From contig JAUSFE010000104.1 in assembly GCA_030649945.1 (NCBI GenBank), positions 97,383 through 161,382 of the forward strand: DNA of 64,000 nt. Reading direction: 5' to 3'. This DNA is from Dehalococcoidia bacterium. Lineage in GTDB: Bacteria; Chloroflexota; Dehalococcoidia; SM23-28-2; RBG-16-64-32. A model generated the notes under the pieces. That model did no database searches. It had not been told where the DNA came from and saw only the letters and a program-made list of their open reading frames with translations. Positions 55,410 through 64,000 of the stretch are shown in pieces (position 1 is the stretch's first letter; each line of letters opens with the position of its first letter). The position numbers were made by a program, and so were the translations under genes.

Positions 55410-56447
55410 ATGTCAACCGGAGAGATAACCGACGCGAGCTCGATGGCAAATCCGAAGCGCGGCGGCGGCCACTTCATGGATTCGGGACTGAATCGGATGA
55501 TCATCTGGTCGGCGGCCCTCCTGGTGGTCTCCGTGGTGGGCTTCGCGGTCTACTACTACGTCGATCAGTCCGGGTCGGGCGATTCGGGGCTGGCGGGGCG
55601 GGAACTGGCAGTCGCCGAGCAGGCGGTGCGAGACGACCCCACCAACATCACAAACCGCCTCGTCCTGGCGGACGTTTACTTCGCGCGGCAGCGCTACGAA
55701 GACGCTGCGACACAGTATGAAGCGGCCCTGGCCATCAACGCCAAGAGCACGCTGGCCCACGTGGGCCTGGGGCGGGCGCTGATGCAGAGTGGGGACTTCG
55801 CCGGGGCTTCCGAAAGCTTCCAGACAGTCATTGACCTGTCCAAGGAAGAGGACATCTCCGGGAATCTGGTCCAGAGTTCTTACTACAACCTGGGCAACAT
55901 AGCGCTGGACCAGGGGAAGCCGGATGAGGCGGTGGAGCATTTCAAGCAGGCGACCACTCTCGAACGGAGCGACGCTGACTCCTGGTACCTCCTGGGCACC
56001 GCCTACCTGCAGAGCGGGAAGCTGGATGAAGCGATCGCAGCGCTGGGACAGGCGGTCCTGTTCGTTCCGAACTTCACTGAAGCCTACGAGGCGCTGGCCG
56101 GAGCGTTTGACCAGACAGGAGCGAGCGCGGGAGCGCTCTATGCGCGCGGCATGGCAGCCTACTCCAGGGGGAACCTTGGAGACGCCGCCGACAAACTCGA
56201 ATCTGCAATCGAATCCTCCCCAACCCTGGCGGAGGCACACGCCGGCCTGGGCCTGGTCCGCGAGATCCAGGGCCAGAAGGATGCGGCGATCGTCGCCTAC
56301 CAGCAAGCTCTGCAACTTAAGCCTGATGACTTCCTCGCCAGAAACGGCCTTGCCCGCCTGACCGGGGCATCGTCCGGGACGGGTCTCCCGGCGAACCACC
56401 CGACGGCAGCGAGCGGCGAGGGCGGTGAGCAAGGGGTGACGCCATGA
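55410..56447 (+). CDS. Membrane-anchored TPR protein
   Basis: N-terminal TM; repeated AHVGLG, YYNLG, WYLLG and AHAGLG TPR units. Confidence 0.9.
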   Translation: MSTGEITDASSMANPKRGGGHFMDSGLNRMIIWSAALLVVSVVGFAVYYYVDQSGSGDSGLAGRELAVAEQAVRDDPTNITNRLVLADVYFARQRYEDAATQYEAALAINAKSTLAHVGLGRALMQSGDFAGASESFQTVIDLSKEEDISGNLVQSSYYNLGNIALDQGKPDEAVEHFKQATTLERSDADSWYLLGTAYLQSGKLDEAIAALGQAVLFVPNFTEAYEALAGAFDQTGASAGALYARGMAAYSRGNLGDAADKLESAIESSPTLAEAHAGLGLVREIQGQKDAAIVAYQQALQLKPDDFLARNGLARLTGASSGTGLPANHPTAASGEGGEQGVTP

Positions 56448-57523
56448 CCAGTACCGAATGGCCTGAACAGGCTCCAGGATCGCCGGGCGGTGGATCCTCG
56501 GGATCCCGCTGGTCGACAGGGCTCAAGATCGGGATCCTTCTCCTCATACTGATCGCGCTGGGCTGGGTACTGCTGATCACCGGCCAGTACTGCAGTACCG
56601 GCAAGCCGATAAGTGAGCTTCCGGGCGTGCCGGGACCCGTGGACGACCTATTTGACAGCAGTTCGTTCACATACGTGTCGTCGATCGAGGGGCTGAACAA
56701 CCCCATGGGAGTTGCCGTTGGCCTGGACGGCAAGGTGTACGTCACAGAGACCGGCGGCGCGCACAAGATCCACATCTACGACAGCCTGGGGACGCAGGAG
56801 CTGGGGTCGTTTTCGTCGCCGGGAAGCGATACAGCGGATCGGGTGCCGATGTACGTTGCCGTGAACCCGGACGGCGACGTCTACGTCAGCGACCGCGGCG
56901 CCTCCAAACTATTCATCTTCTCCCCGGACGGAACGCCGAAGGGAGAGGTGGCTCCTCCTGAGGGAACTGAGAACTGGCACCCGCTAGGGCTGACCTTTGA
57001 CCAGGCTGGCAACCTCTATGTGGCAGATGTGACTCTCGGCAAGCACCGCGTCCTGGTTATGGATCCCGCCGGCAAGCTAAAGCTGAGCTTCGGGACTCAG
57101 GGGGAAGAAGAAGGGCAGTTCTCGTACCCGAACGGCATCGCCGTCGATGGCCAGGGCCGGATCTTCGTGACTGACAGCAACAACGGCCGCATGCAGGCGT
57201 TCGACAAGGACGGCAAGTTCTTGTTCCTCATCAGCCGAGGCATGAGCAAGGGTGACCTCGCAATGCCGCGAGGCATCGCTATCGACACCAAGGGCCGTCT
57301 GCTCATCGTCGACACCACCCGCGCGTCCATCCAGGCCTACAAGGTCTCCGATTCCGGAGGGGCCGATGCGAATGGCACGTCCGTGGAGTTCAAGGGCGTC
57401 TTCTACGGCGATTTGGACAGAAGGATCTCCTTCCAGTTTCCGAACGGTATGGCCCTGGACGGCCACAACAAGGTCTACATCGCGGATCGCGGTAACAACC
57501 GCGTCTCGATATGGGAGTACTGA
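56444..57523 (+). CDS. Membrane-anchored NHL-repeat beta-propeller
   Basis: PMGVAV..DGKVYV, FSYPNGIAVD.GRIFVTDSNNGR and VYIADRGNNRV. Confidence 0.92.
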   Translation: MTSTEWPEQAPGSPGGGSSGSRWSTGLKIGILLLILIALGWVLLITGQYCSTGKPISELPGVPGPVDDLFDSSSFTYVSSIEGLNNPMGVAVGLDGKVYVTETGGAHKIHIYDSLGTQELGSFSSPGSDTADRVPMYVAVNPDGDVYVSDRGASKLFIFSPDGTPKGEVAPPEGTENWHPLGLTFDQAGNLYVADVTLGKHRVLVMDPAGKLKLSFGTQGEEEGQFSYPNGIAVDGQGRIFVTDSNNGRMQAFDKDGKFLFLISRGMSKGDLAMPRGIAIDTKGRLLIVDTTRASIQAYKVSDSGGADANGTSVEFKGVFYGDLDRRISFQFPNGMALDGHNKVYIADRGNNRVSIWEY

Positions 57524-57636
57524 TCATGCGTAACCCAATTCGCCTTATCAAAAGCAACGGCAAGGGAGCCGAGTTCCAGGGGGCGTGGTCGAGGTTCTTT
57601 CTGCCTGGATGCCAGAAAAGGAAGGAGGTGAGAAAT

Positions 57637-58824
57637 ATGAGAAAGACGGCTCTCATCATCGGCCTGGTTGCCGGCATTGCCGTGGCGTTGCTGGCGGGTC
57701 TGGGCACGAGTTCAGAGACGGCTTCAGCGGATGCTGGGCCACACGTGTCCACGGGTTCAGACGCTACACCTGACAAGTGCGCCAGCTGCCACCGCCTGCA
57801 CTCCGGTCAAAACGAGTTCCTGCTGAAACAGGCAGGTTCAGTGGAAGATTTCTGCTTCGCCTGCCACGGCAACGGCGGGCCGGGATCTTACCTGGCGGTG
57901 GAGGAAGGGACATCCTACGGCGATGGGGCTCAGGGGTTGAGAGCGGGCGGCTTTGAAGAAGCCCGTATCGACACCACTGACCCGAACAGTGCCCGTCCGG
58001 CTCCGACTCCTATCGGGTACGCGGTGACCATCGGTGTGCTGGCAACGAAGCAGGAAGTCAAGTCCCAGCACGCGGTTGACGGATCGGCTGGGACGATGTG
58101 GGGATACGGCGTGCCAGGGACATCTGGTGCGGGCATCAGCAACGAGCTGGAGTGCACTTCGTGCCACGACCCGCACGGTAACGGCAACTATCGCATCCTG
58201 AGGAGCGTACCGACTGGATCCGACGCGGCCGGCTACACCATCCCTGACACCTACCCGAAGGCGGCGGCCAACTACACCACCAGCAACTACTTCAACATGA
58301 ACCACGATGTGGACGGCAACGGCGTTGGCGACGCCCTTCCGGGTGCTCTTCCGCTCGGCGCAACTCCTGCTCCGGGTCAGAGCATCTTTGTGGACACATC
58401 CCGGTGGTGCAGTCAGTGCCACACCCGCTACCTCGCGCAGCGGAACACTGTTGTTCCCACTCCTGTGGCTGGGTCGGTCGATCCCAATGCCAGCCGGATG
58501 GATAGCGGCGACGATATCTTCACGTTCCGCCACACCAGTGCCGGCTGGGGCCTAAATTCCAGCGCACCCTCGGGTGTGCCGGGTCCGAATTACGGGAAGG
58601 CCACGTTCAACAACCGCGCGTGTATCACCTGTCACGCCACGCACGGAAGCAACGCGAGCATGCCGGGCAAGCCCGCGGCCTCGCCCGCGCCTGCCACCCA
58701 TTACTCGTCCAGGGTCCCGTGGCCGGATGGCAGCACCATCAACCCGGAGAACGACCTTGAGCGCGCAAGCCTGCTGAAGATGAACAACCGCGGTATGTGC
58801 AAGAAGTGTCACTCGGCACAGTAG
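57637..58824 (+). CDS. Secreted hexaheme c-type cytochrome, OmcS-like
   Basis: Signal peptide; CASCH, CFACH, CTSCH, CSQCH, CITCH and CKKCH; AAGGAGGTG RBS. Confidence 0.92.
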   Translation: MRKTALIIGLVAGIAVALLAGLGTSSETASADAGPHVSTGSDATPDKCASCHRLHSGQNEFLLKQAGSVEDFCFACHGNGGPGSYLAVEEGTSYGDGAQGLRAGGFEEARIDTTDPNSARPAPTPIGYAVTIGVLATKQEVKSQHAVDGSAGTMWGYGVPGTSGAGISNELECTSCHDPHGNGNYRILRSVPTGSDAAGYTIPDTYPKAAANYTTSNYFNMNHDVDGNGVGDALPGALPLGATPAPGQSIFVDTSRWCSQCHTRYLAQRNTVVPTPVAGSVDPNASRMDSGDDIFTFRHTSAGWGLNSSAPSGVPGPNYGKATFNNRACITCHATHGSNASMPGKPAASPAPATHYSSRVPWPDGSTINPENDLERASLLKMNNRGMCKKCHSAQ

Positions 58825-58902
58825 TTTAGCGATCCGAACCGGGGGGAGGTTCAGCCTCCCCTCCCTCCGGCGGTCGCTTCCCCCGAGAAAGGAGGTGCAA
58901 GA

Positions 58903-59001
58903 ATGAAGATGGCGGCGCTCATGGGCCTTGTTGCGGGCGCCGCTTGGCAGCAAGAAGAAAACGCTAAACCGTGGAACCGGAGAGGAGACGAGGAGAGGTG
59001 A
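58903..59001 (+). other. 32-aa ORF with perfect RBS; relic of a cytochrome signal peptide, GTGA-coupled to the next gene
   Basis: AAAGGAGGTG-N5-ATG; MKMAALMGLVAGAA resembles MRKTALIIGLVAGIA. Confidence 0.5.
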
Positions 59002-60308
59002 GCGGGAAGCTGGTGCTGGTGGTCCTCATGGCAGGCCTGCTGGCGGCGGCTTTGGTCTCCCAGGGCCGCGGAGGTGTTGCCCTGGCGGATGGCGGGCCGC
59101 ACATCGCCACAGGCTCGGATGCGACGCCCGATAGGTGCGCGAGTTGCCACCGGATCCACACAGCGGAGACCGATACCCTCCTCACCTCCGGTCCCACAGA
59201 GATGGACTTCTGCTACACGTGTCACGGCACGGGCGGCACGGGGTCCGACCTTGACGTCCAGGGTGGCAAGCAGCGGTCCAACAACTCGGCCCTTCGCGCC
59301 GGCGGGTTCGACTTCGCTTCCATCAATACCACCGACCCAGCACCCGATTCGATCGGGGTGCTGGGTACGGCACAGGCGGTCACATCCTGGCACACGGCCG
59401 ACGGGACGACCGCCGGCACACTCTGGGGCAACGGCGCCCTGAACTCGGGTGCGGGGCCCAGCTTCACCCTGCGATGCAGCGCCTGCCATGACCCTCACGG
59501 CAACGGGCAATACCGGATTCTGAGGCCTATACCTGCGGGTTCCGGCGCGACGGAACCTGCCAACGTCACGGACGAGGCGGACCCCAAGGTGTACTCCACG
59601 ACGAACTACTTCGAACCGGGCCCGGTGTCCGGCATCCAGATGTCGAGCTGGTGCGCGACCTGCCACACCCGATACCTGGCGAGTTCCACCGCCAGCTCCG
59701 GCGACGCTATCTTCGCGAACCGGCACGTCAGCGACGGCACGTCCGGGCGCAGTTGCACTAAGTGCCATGCGTCGCACGGCACAAACGCGGGCGCGTCCGG
59801 GACATACTCATCAGTGGGCTATCCCGGCGGCGGTAGGGGCACTACCAACACGGCAGAGAGCAGGCTCCTCAAGATGGACAACCGGGGAATCTGCATCAAA
59901 TGCCACACGGAGGTACTAGCGCTGACCGTGCATGCGCTCGAGGCTCCCGCCCCAACGCCGGCCGCCGTTATGCTCCAGGGCGACGCCGATTGTGACGGCA
60001 AAGTCAACTCCGCGGACGCCTTTGTTATCGTCCGCGATGTCGCTGGTCTCAATGGTTCCTCTGCTTGCCTGGCCGCGGGCGACATCGACTGCGACGGGGA
60101 GCGCACCTCCCTGGACGCGCTCGGCATTCTGCGCTACGTAGCCCACCTTTCAGTCGATCAGCCGGCGGGCTGTCCGCCCATCGGAGCTGCGCGTACGGTG
60201 ACGCCCTCGCGCGGCGCTGAGACGTCAAGTCCCACAGTTGCGCCTTCACCCACACCAGAAGCCTCTGCGCCATCGGCGCGCGGGGCGACGAGTTCGCAGG
60301 CGTCTTGA
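58998..60308 (+). CDS. Secreted hexaheme c-type cytochrome (paralog) with C-terminal Cys-dockerin-like domain and S/T/P tail
   Basis: CASCH, CYTCH, CSACH, CATCH, CTKCH and CIKCH; GDADCDGKVNSAD and GDIDCDGERTSLD. Confidence 0.92.
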   Translation: MSGKLVLVVLMAGLLAAALVSQGRGGVALADGGPHIATGSDATPDRCASCHRIHTAETDTLLTSGPTEMDFCYTCHGTGGTGSDLDVQGGKQRSNNSALRAGGFDFASINTTDPAPDSIGVLGTAQAVTSWHTADGTTAGTLWGNGALNSGAGPSFTLRCSACHDPHGNGQYRILRPIPAGSGATEPANVTDEADPKVYSTTNYFEPGPVSGIQMSSWCATCHTRYLASSTASSGDAIFANRHVSDGTSGRSCTKCHASHGTNAGASGTYSSVGYPGGGRGTTNTAESRLLKMDNRGICIKCHTEVLALTVHALEAPAPTPAAVMLQGDADCDGKVNSADAFVIVRDVAGLNGSSACLAAGDIDCDGERTSLDALGILRYVAHLSVDQPAGCPPIGAARTVTPSRGAETSSPTVAPSPTPEASAPSARGATSSQAS

Positions 60309-60698
60309 ACAGACACGCGGAGTGCTCAGCCACAACCCGCATCCGTTGACTGCTGTCAGAACCGCTCCAACGGCGTCGGGCTGGCTGGCGTCCGGGCCCC
60401 CGGGCGGGACGGCTGGGGTTTGCAGCAACGGCGCCGCTCGCCCCGAACGTGCAGCCGTGATCGGGCGAGACAAGCCCGTTATAGTCCGGGCCAACGGGCA
60501 GGGCGTGCACGCTTTGTGTGTCACGGTAAGGACCACAGTGCGGAGATTCATTAGTCGCGGTTCGAGGCTTCAGTGTGCGAGAGCGATCCCTAACGGCAGA
60601 TACATACCGTCCGCTACGTGCTGTATCCCGAATGTACGTCCCGACGGATGGAACGCTGCGAGCGGCGAATCAGATGATTGTTTCAAAGAGAGGAAGAT

Positions 60699-61481
60699 GT
60701 GGCCGTATCACGACGCGATCTGCTGAAAGGGCTCGGCGGTGTCGCGGCACTGTTGCTCGCCGGCGCCGTTGGCATTGGCCGTTTTCCGCTATCGCTCGCC
60801 GGTGGACAGACCAGCCATAAGAAGGCGGACCGGCAGTGGGGGATGGTGGTGGACCTCCGCCGCTGCGACGGCTGTAAGGAATGCACGGGGGCGTGCCAGG
60901 TTACCCATTACCTCACGAACGACCAGGAATGGATCAAGGTGTACGAGGTGGAGACGGAGAATGGCGGCACGGTCTTCATGCCCCGCCCCTGCATGCATTG
61001 TGAGGAAGCGCCCTGTCTGAAGGTTTGCCCCGTCCGGGCGACTTACAAGAGCGATGAGGGAGTCATCCTCATCGACCAGGATTTGTGCATCGGCTGCCGG
61101 ATCTGCATGGCGGCATGTCCCTACGATGCTCGCTACTTCAACTGGTGGGACCCGCCGAAGCCGCCCGAGCCGTTTGACAATCCCATGCCGGAGTTCCCGG
61201 TGCCTCAACAGCGTGGCACGGTCGGGAAGTGCGTGCTCTGCGTGCATTACACGGCCGAAGGCCGGTTGCCTGCCTGCGTCGAGGCGTGCCGGATGGATGC
61301 GATTTACATCGCAGACCTGACAACCGGCGTGATGACCAACAGGTCAGGTGAGACGTACCAGCTTCGGCAGTATCTCCAGGAGAACGACGCTTTCCGTTAC
61401 AAGGAAGAGCTAAACACGAGCCCGAGGGTGTGGTACGTGACCGGGCACGGCCAATCGCTCGACAGGAAAAACCAGGGATAG
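60699..61481 (+). CDS. Tat-exported 4Fe-4S dicluster protein (NrfC/DsrO-like)
   Basis: SRRDLLK Tat motif; CDGCKEC..AC, CMHC..PC..VCP, CIGC.IC..ACP and KC.LC..PAC..AC. Confidence 0.93.
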   Translation: MAVSRRDLLKGLGGVAALLLAGAVGIGRFPLSLAGGQTSHKKADRQWGMVVDLRRCDGCKECTGACQVTHYLTNDQEWIKVYEVETENGGTVFMPRPCMHCEEAPCLKVCPVRATYKSDEGVILIDQDLCIGCRICMAACPYDARYFNWWDPPKPPEPFDNPMPEFPVPQQRGTVGKCVLCVHYTAEGRLPACVEACRMDAIYIADLTTGVMTNRSGETYQLRQYLQENDAFRYKEELNTSPRVWYVTGHGQSLDRKNQG

Positions 61482-61483
61482 CA

Positions 61484-62842
61484 ATGGACCGTCCGTTCGA
61501 GACGGAAGCACACGACATCAGGGCGGCCGCGGTGACGCCCATCCTGCAGCCGGGACCGTTGTTCTGGCCACTAACGCTATTCCTCTCTCTGATAGTCCTG
61601 GCGGGGGCGGTGGCCATGTTCCAGCAGCTCATGTTTGGCCTCGGTGTGACCGGCCTCAACAACCGGGTATCGTGGGGCTTCTATATTACCGATATGGTGT
61701 TCTTCATCGGGCTGAGCTATGGCGGCGCGGTGACTTCCGCTATCCTGCGGCTGACCAATGCGCCCTGGCGGGCGCCGATGGTGCGTCTTGCAGAGGCCAC
61801 GGCTCTCGTGACGCTCTTGATCGGCTCCCTGTTCCCGATCATCGACCTGGGGCGGCCCGACCGCATGCTGAACCTCCTCTTGCACGGACAGGTTGGTTCG
61901 CCCGTTCTGTGGGACGTCGTAGCCATAAACACCTACATGGTGGCCACGGTGATCTTCCTGTTTCTGCCACTCATTCCTGACATGGCGATCTGCAGGGACC
62001 ACCTGGGTCCGGCCGCGGGGCGCTTGCGGAAGCTGCTGTACGACCGGCTTTCGCTGGGCTGGCGCGGCACGCCAGGCGAGAAGAACATCCTGGAGCGGAA
62101 CATGACGGTCGTGGCGGTCGTCATCATCCCGCTGGCGGTGTCGGTCCACTCCGTCCTGGCGTGGCTGTTCGGGATGACAGTGAGGCCGGGGTGGAACAGC
62201 ACGATCTACGCGCCCTACTTCGTTGTGGGAGCACTGTTCTCAGGAGTGGCAGCAGTCATTGTCATCATTGCCGCGTTCAGGCAGGCATATCACCTGGAAG
62301 CCTTCATAACCGAGCAGCACTTCAAGTACCTGGCGAACATGCTGTTGGCGCTCGGAATGGCTTACGGATATTTCCTGTTCGCTGAGGTCCTCACGGAAGG
62401 GTACAAGATGGAGGGCGTGTCGATGGGCGAGGGCTCGGGGTCGCTGCTGCAGGAGATGCTGCTGGGCCGGTACGCCCTTCTGTTCTGGGGATTCGTCGCC
62501 GGGGGGTTGGTCATCCCGATCGCGCTCACCTCCCTGCCGCTGACACGAAACGTGCCGGGTATCGTCATTGCCGCGACCCTGGTCGTGGTGGCGATGTGGG
62601 TGAAGCGCTTTCTCATCGTTGTGCCGGCCATGGCCACGCCCCTGATGCCGATGGACTGGGGCGCCTACTGGCCGAGCCGGGTGGAGATAGCAATCACGCT
62701 GGCTGCCGTGGCGGCTGTTCCGCTGATGCTAATGCTCTTCTTCCGCATCTTTCCAATCCTTTCGATCTACGAGATGGAAGAATTCGCCGAACACGAGGAA
62801 CTGGAAACGGGCCCGGAGGCCTCCGGCGTGGCAGCCTGGTGA
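61484..62842 (+). CDS. NrfD/PsrC family polytopic membrane protein (quinol-interacting)
   Basis: GLGVTGL..VSWG.YI, DLGRPDR, SPVLWD, SVHSV and PYFVVGALFSG; ~10 TM. Confidence 0.93.
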   Translation: MDRPFETEAHDIRAAAVTPILQPGPLFWPLTLFLSLIVLAGAVAMFQQLMFGLGVTGLNNRVSWGFYITDMVFFIGLSYGGAVTSAILRLTNAPWRAPMVRLAEATALVTLLIGSLFPIIDLGRPDRMLNLLLHGQVGSPVLWDVVAINTYMVATVIFLFLPLIPDMAICRDHLGPAAGRLRKLLYDRLSLGWRGTPGEKNILERNMTVVAVVIIPLAVSVHSVLAWLFGMTVRPGWNSTIYAPYFVVGALFSGVAAVIVIIAAFRQAYHLEAFITEQHFKYLANMLLALGMAYGYFLFAEVLTEGYKMEGVSMGEGSGSLLQEMLLGRYALLFWGFVAGGLVIPIALTSLPLTRNVPGIVIAATLVVVAMWVKRFLIVVPAMATPLMPMDWGAYWPSRVEIAITLAAVAAVPLMLMLFFRIFPILSIYEMEEFAEHEELETGPEASGVAAW

Positions 62843-62845
62843 GCG

Positions 62846-64000
62846 ATGCGCGTCGCTGGGAGTGCCATCCTTGTTGCAGCGGTGGTGCTCTGTCTTCGGA
62901 CGGCCGCGGTACCGGTGCTGGCTGACGGCGACCGGCCAATCTCTCTGATTGCGCTTCCGCCCGAAGCAGGGGAAACCGCACACGAGAGCGTGGTGCTGTC
63001 TGCCCAGATCGAGAGCGACGAAGGGCCGGTCGGCGGGCTGTCCGTCAACTTCTACATCGTCACGACCGTGTTTGGCGAACGGCTAATGAAGGTGGGTGAG
63101 GCGCTCTCTGACGCTAGCGGAACGGTGTCGGTGGTGTACAGGCCCACGTGGACAGGCGACCACACCGTGGTGGCGCACTTCGACGGCGCGAGCGGCTATG
63201 CGGCAGCGGAGACGTCGTTCCATTTCGATGCTCAGGTCGCCGAATCGGCGTTCGAGCCCGCGGATTTTGGATTGAATCCTATCCGCCGCGTGCTCCCATT
63301 TGCCGTGGGTATGGCGGTGCTTGTCGTCTGGGCCAGCCTCGGCTTCGCGCTCGTGAACACGGCCATGGGTATCCGCTCGGCGGCCCGGGCTGCACCGGTG
63401 CCCTCACCGGTGCAGGCGTCAACGTATCCGGTGTTCATACCGCCTCCGCCAGTAGCGCAGGATCAGACCGCAAGACGCCTCGCGATGGTAGTGGCCCTGC
63501 TGGTGGTTGTGGCGGGAGTGCCGCTGATCTGGTTTACCTTGAATGTCTCCGACCGGGGTCATGAGACCGGCGTTGTTGCAGATGGTCTGATTCCGGGTGA
63601 TCACCACACGGAACCTGTGGCCGGGCAGCCGCTGCCGGCTACCCTGGTGAGGTCTGTCCAGACCGTGAAGTTCGACGAGAACGGCCAGCCCACATCGGGA
63701 TCCGTGCCGATACCGGCGGACCTGGCGATTACTGCCGGCCGTGTAAGAATACTGGATTCGACCGGTGGCCGCATTGTGACGGTCGCGCCAGACGGCGAGT
63801 TGATCCCGATCCAGCAGGGGCGCGGTGTGGACGGGACGTCGCTCAAGGGGTCACCGGCCATGTCGTCGCTGGGCGAGCGGTTGTTCGTAGTTAGCGCGCG
63901 CGGAGACCGGATCGTCGTTGTCGATGAGTCAGGCTTGATCGAGGGCTCGATCGTTCCTTCCCTGCCAGCGGGGCAGAACCCCGTCGCCGTCACCGGCATC
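62846..64000 (+). CDS. Partial ORF (runs off window): signal peptide, Ig-like domain, 2 TM, start of an NHL-like propeller
   Basis: Open frame from ATG 62846 to the window end (MRVAGSAILVAAVV...YRPTWTGDHTVVAHFDG...PADLAI..GRVRILDS); absent from the ORF track because there is no stop. Confidence 0.8.
   Translation, partial: MRVAGSAILVAAVVLCLRTAAVPVLADGDRPISLIALPPEAGETAHESVVLSAQIESDEGPVGGLSVNFYIVTTVFGERLMKVGEALSDASGTVSVVYRPTWTGDHTVVAHFDGASGYAAAETSFHFDAQVAESAFEPADFGLNPIRRVLPFAVGMAVLVVWASLGFALVNTAMGIRSAARAAPVPSPVQASTYPVFIPPPPVAQDQTARRLAMVVALLVVVAGVPLIWFTLNVSDRGHETGVVADGLIPGDHHTEPVAGQPLPATLVRSVQTVKFDENGQPTSGSVPIPADLAITAGRVRILDSTGGRIVTVAPDGELIPIQQGRGVDGTSLKGSPAMSSLGERLFVVSARGDRIVVVDESGLIEGSIVPSLPAGQNPVAVTGI

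Overview
High-GC bacterial chromosome segment. Gene content and repeat style suggest Chloroflexota, probably Dehalococcoidia (inference). The left two-thirds is housekeeping and metabolic DNA: Ku, alaS-ruvX-mltG-aroE-aroC-aroK/B, yebC-ruvC-ruvA, P450, GGDEF/EAL, GT4 plus debranching enzyme, acyl-CoA dehydrogenase, GH4 and M20. It also carries two VapBC toxin-antitoxin modules, several secreted proteins with Cys-containing dockerin-like tails, and many REP-like palindromes, some inserted in-frame into genes. Two features stand out. (1) Two tRNA-Gly genes (TCC at 38209, CCC at 51870) are each followed by a tiny integrase-free cassette (2070 bp and 538 bp). Each cassette is closed by a duplicate of the tRNA 3' half, and three of the four copies carry the same downstream motif, suggesting a tRNA-anchored, integron-like cassette system. 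(2) Right after the second att-like copy lies an >11 kb cluster: two-component system, TPR and NHL proteins, two tandem hexaheme cytochromes with the OmcS-type motif layout (one fused to a dockerin-like domain), and an NrfC/NrfD quinol module. This is a candidate cytochrome-nanowire / extracellular electron transfer system. A 30-aa ORF with a near-consensus promoter and a hairpin, upstream of a double-GNAT gene and an ABC exporter, is a candidate RiPP precursor or attenuator. All calls come from reading motifs by eye; no searches were run.
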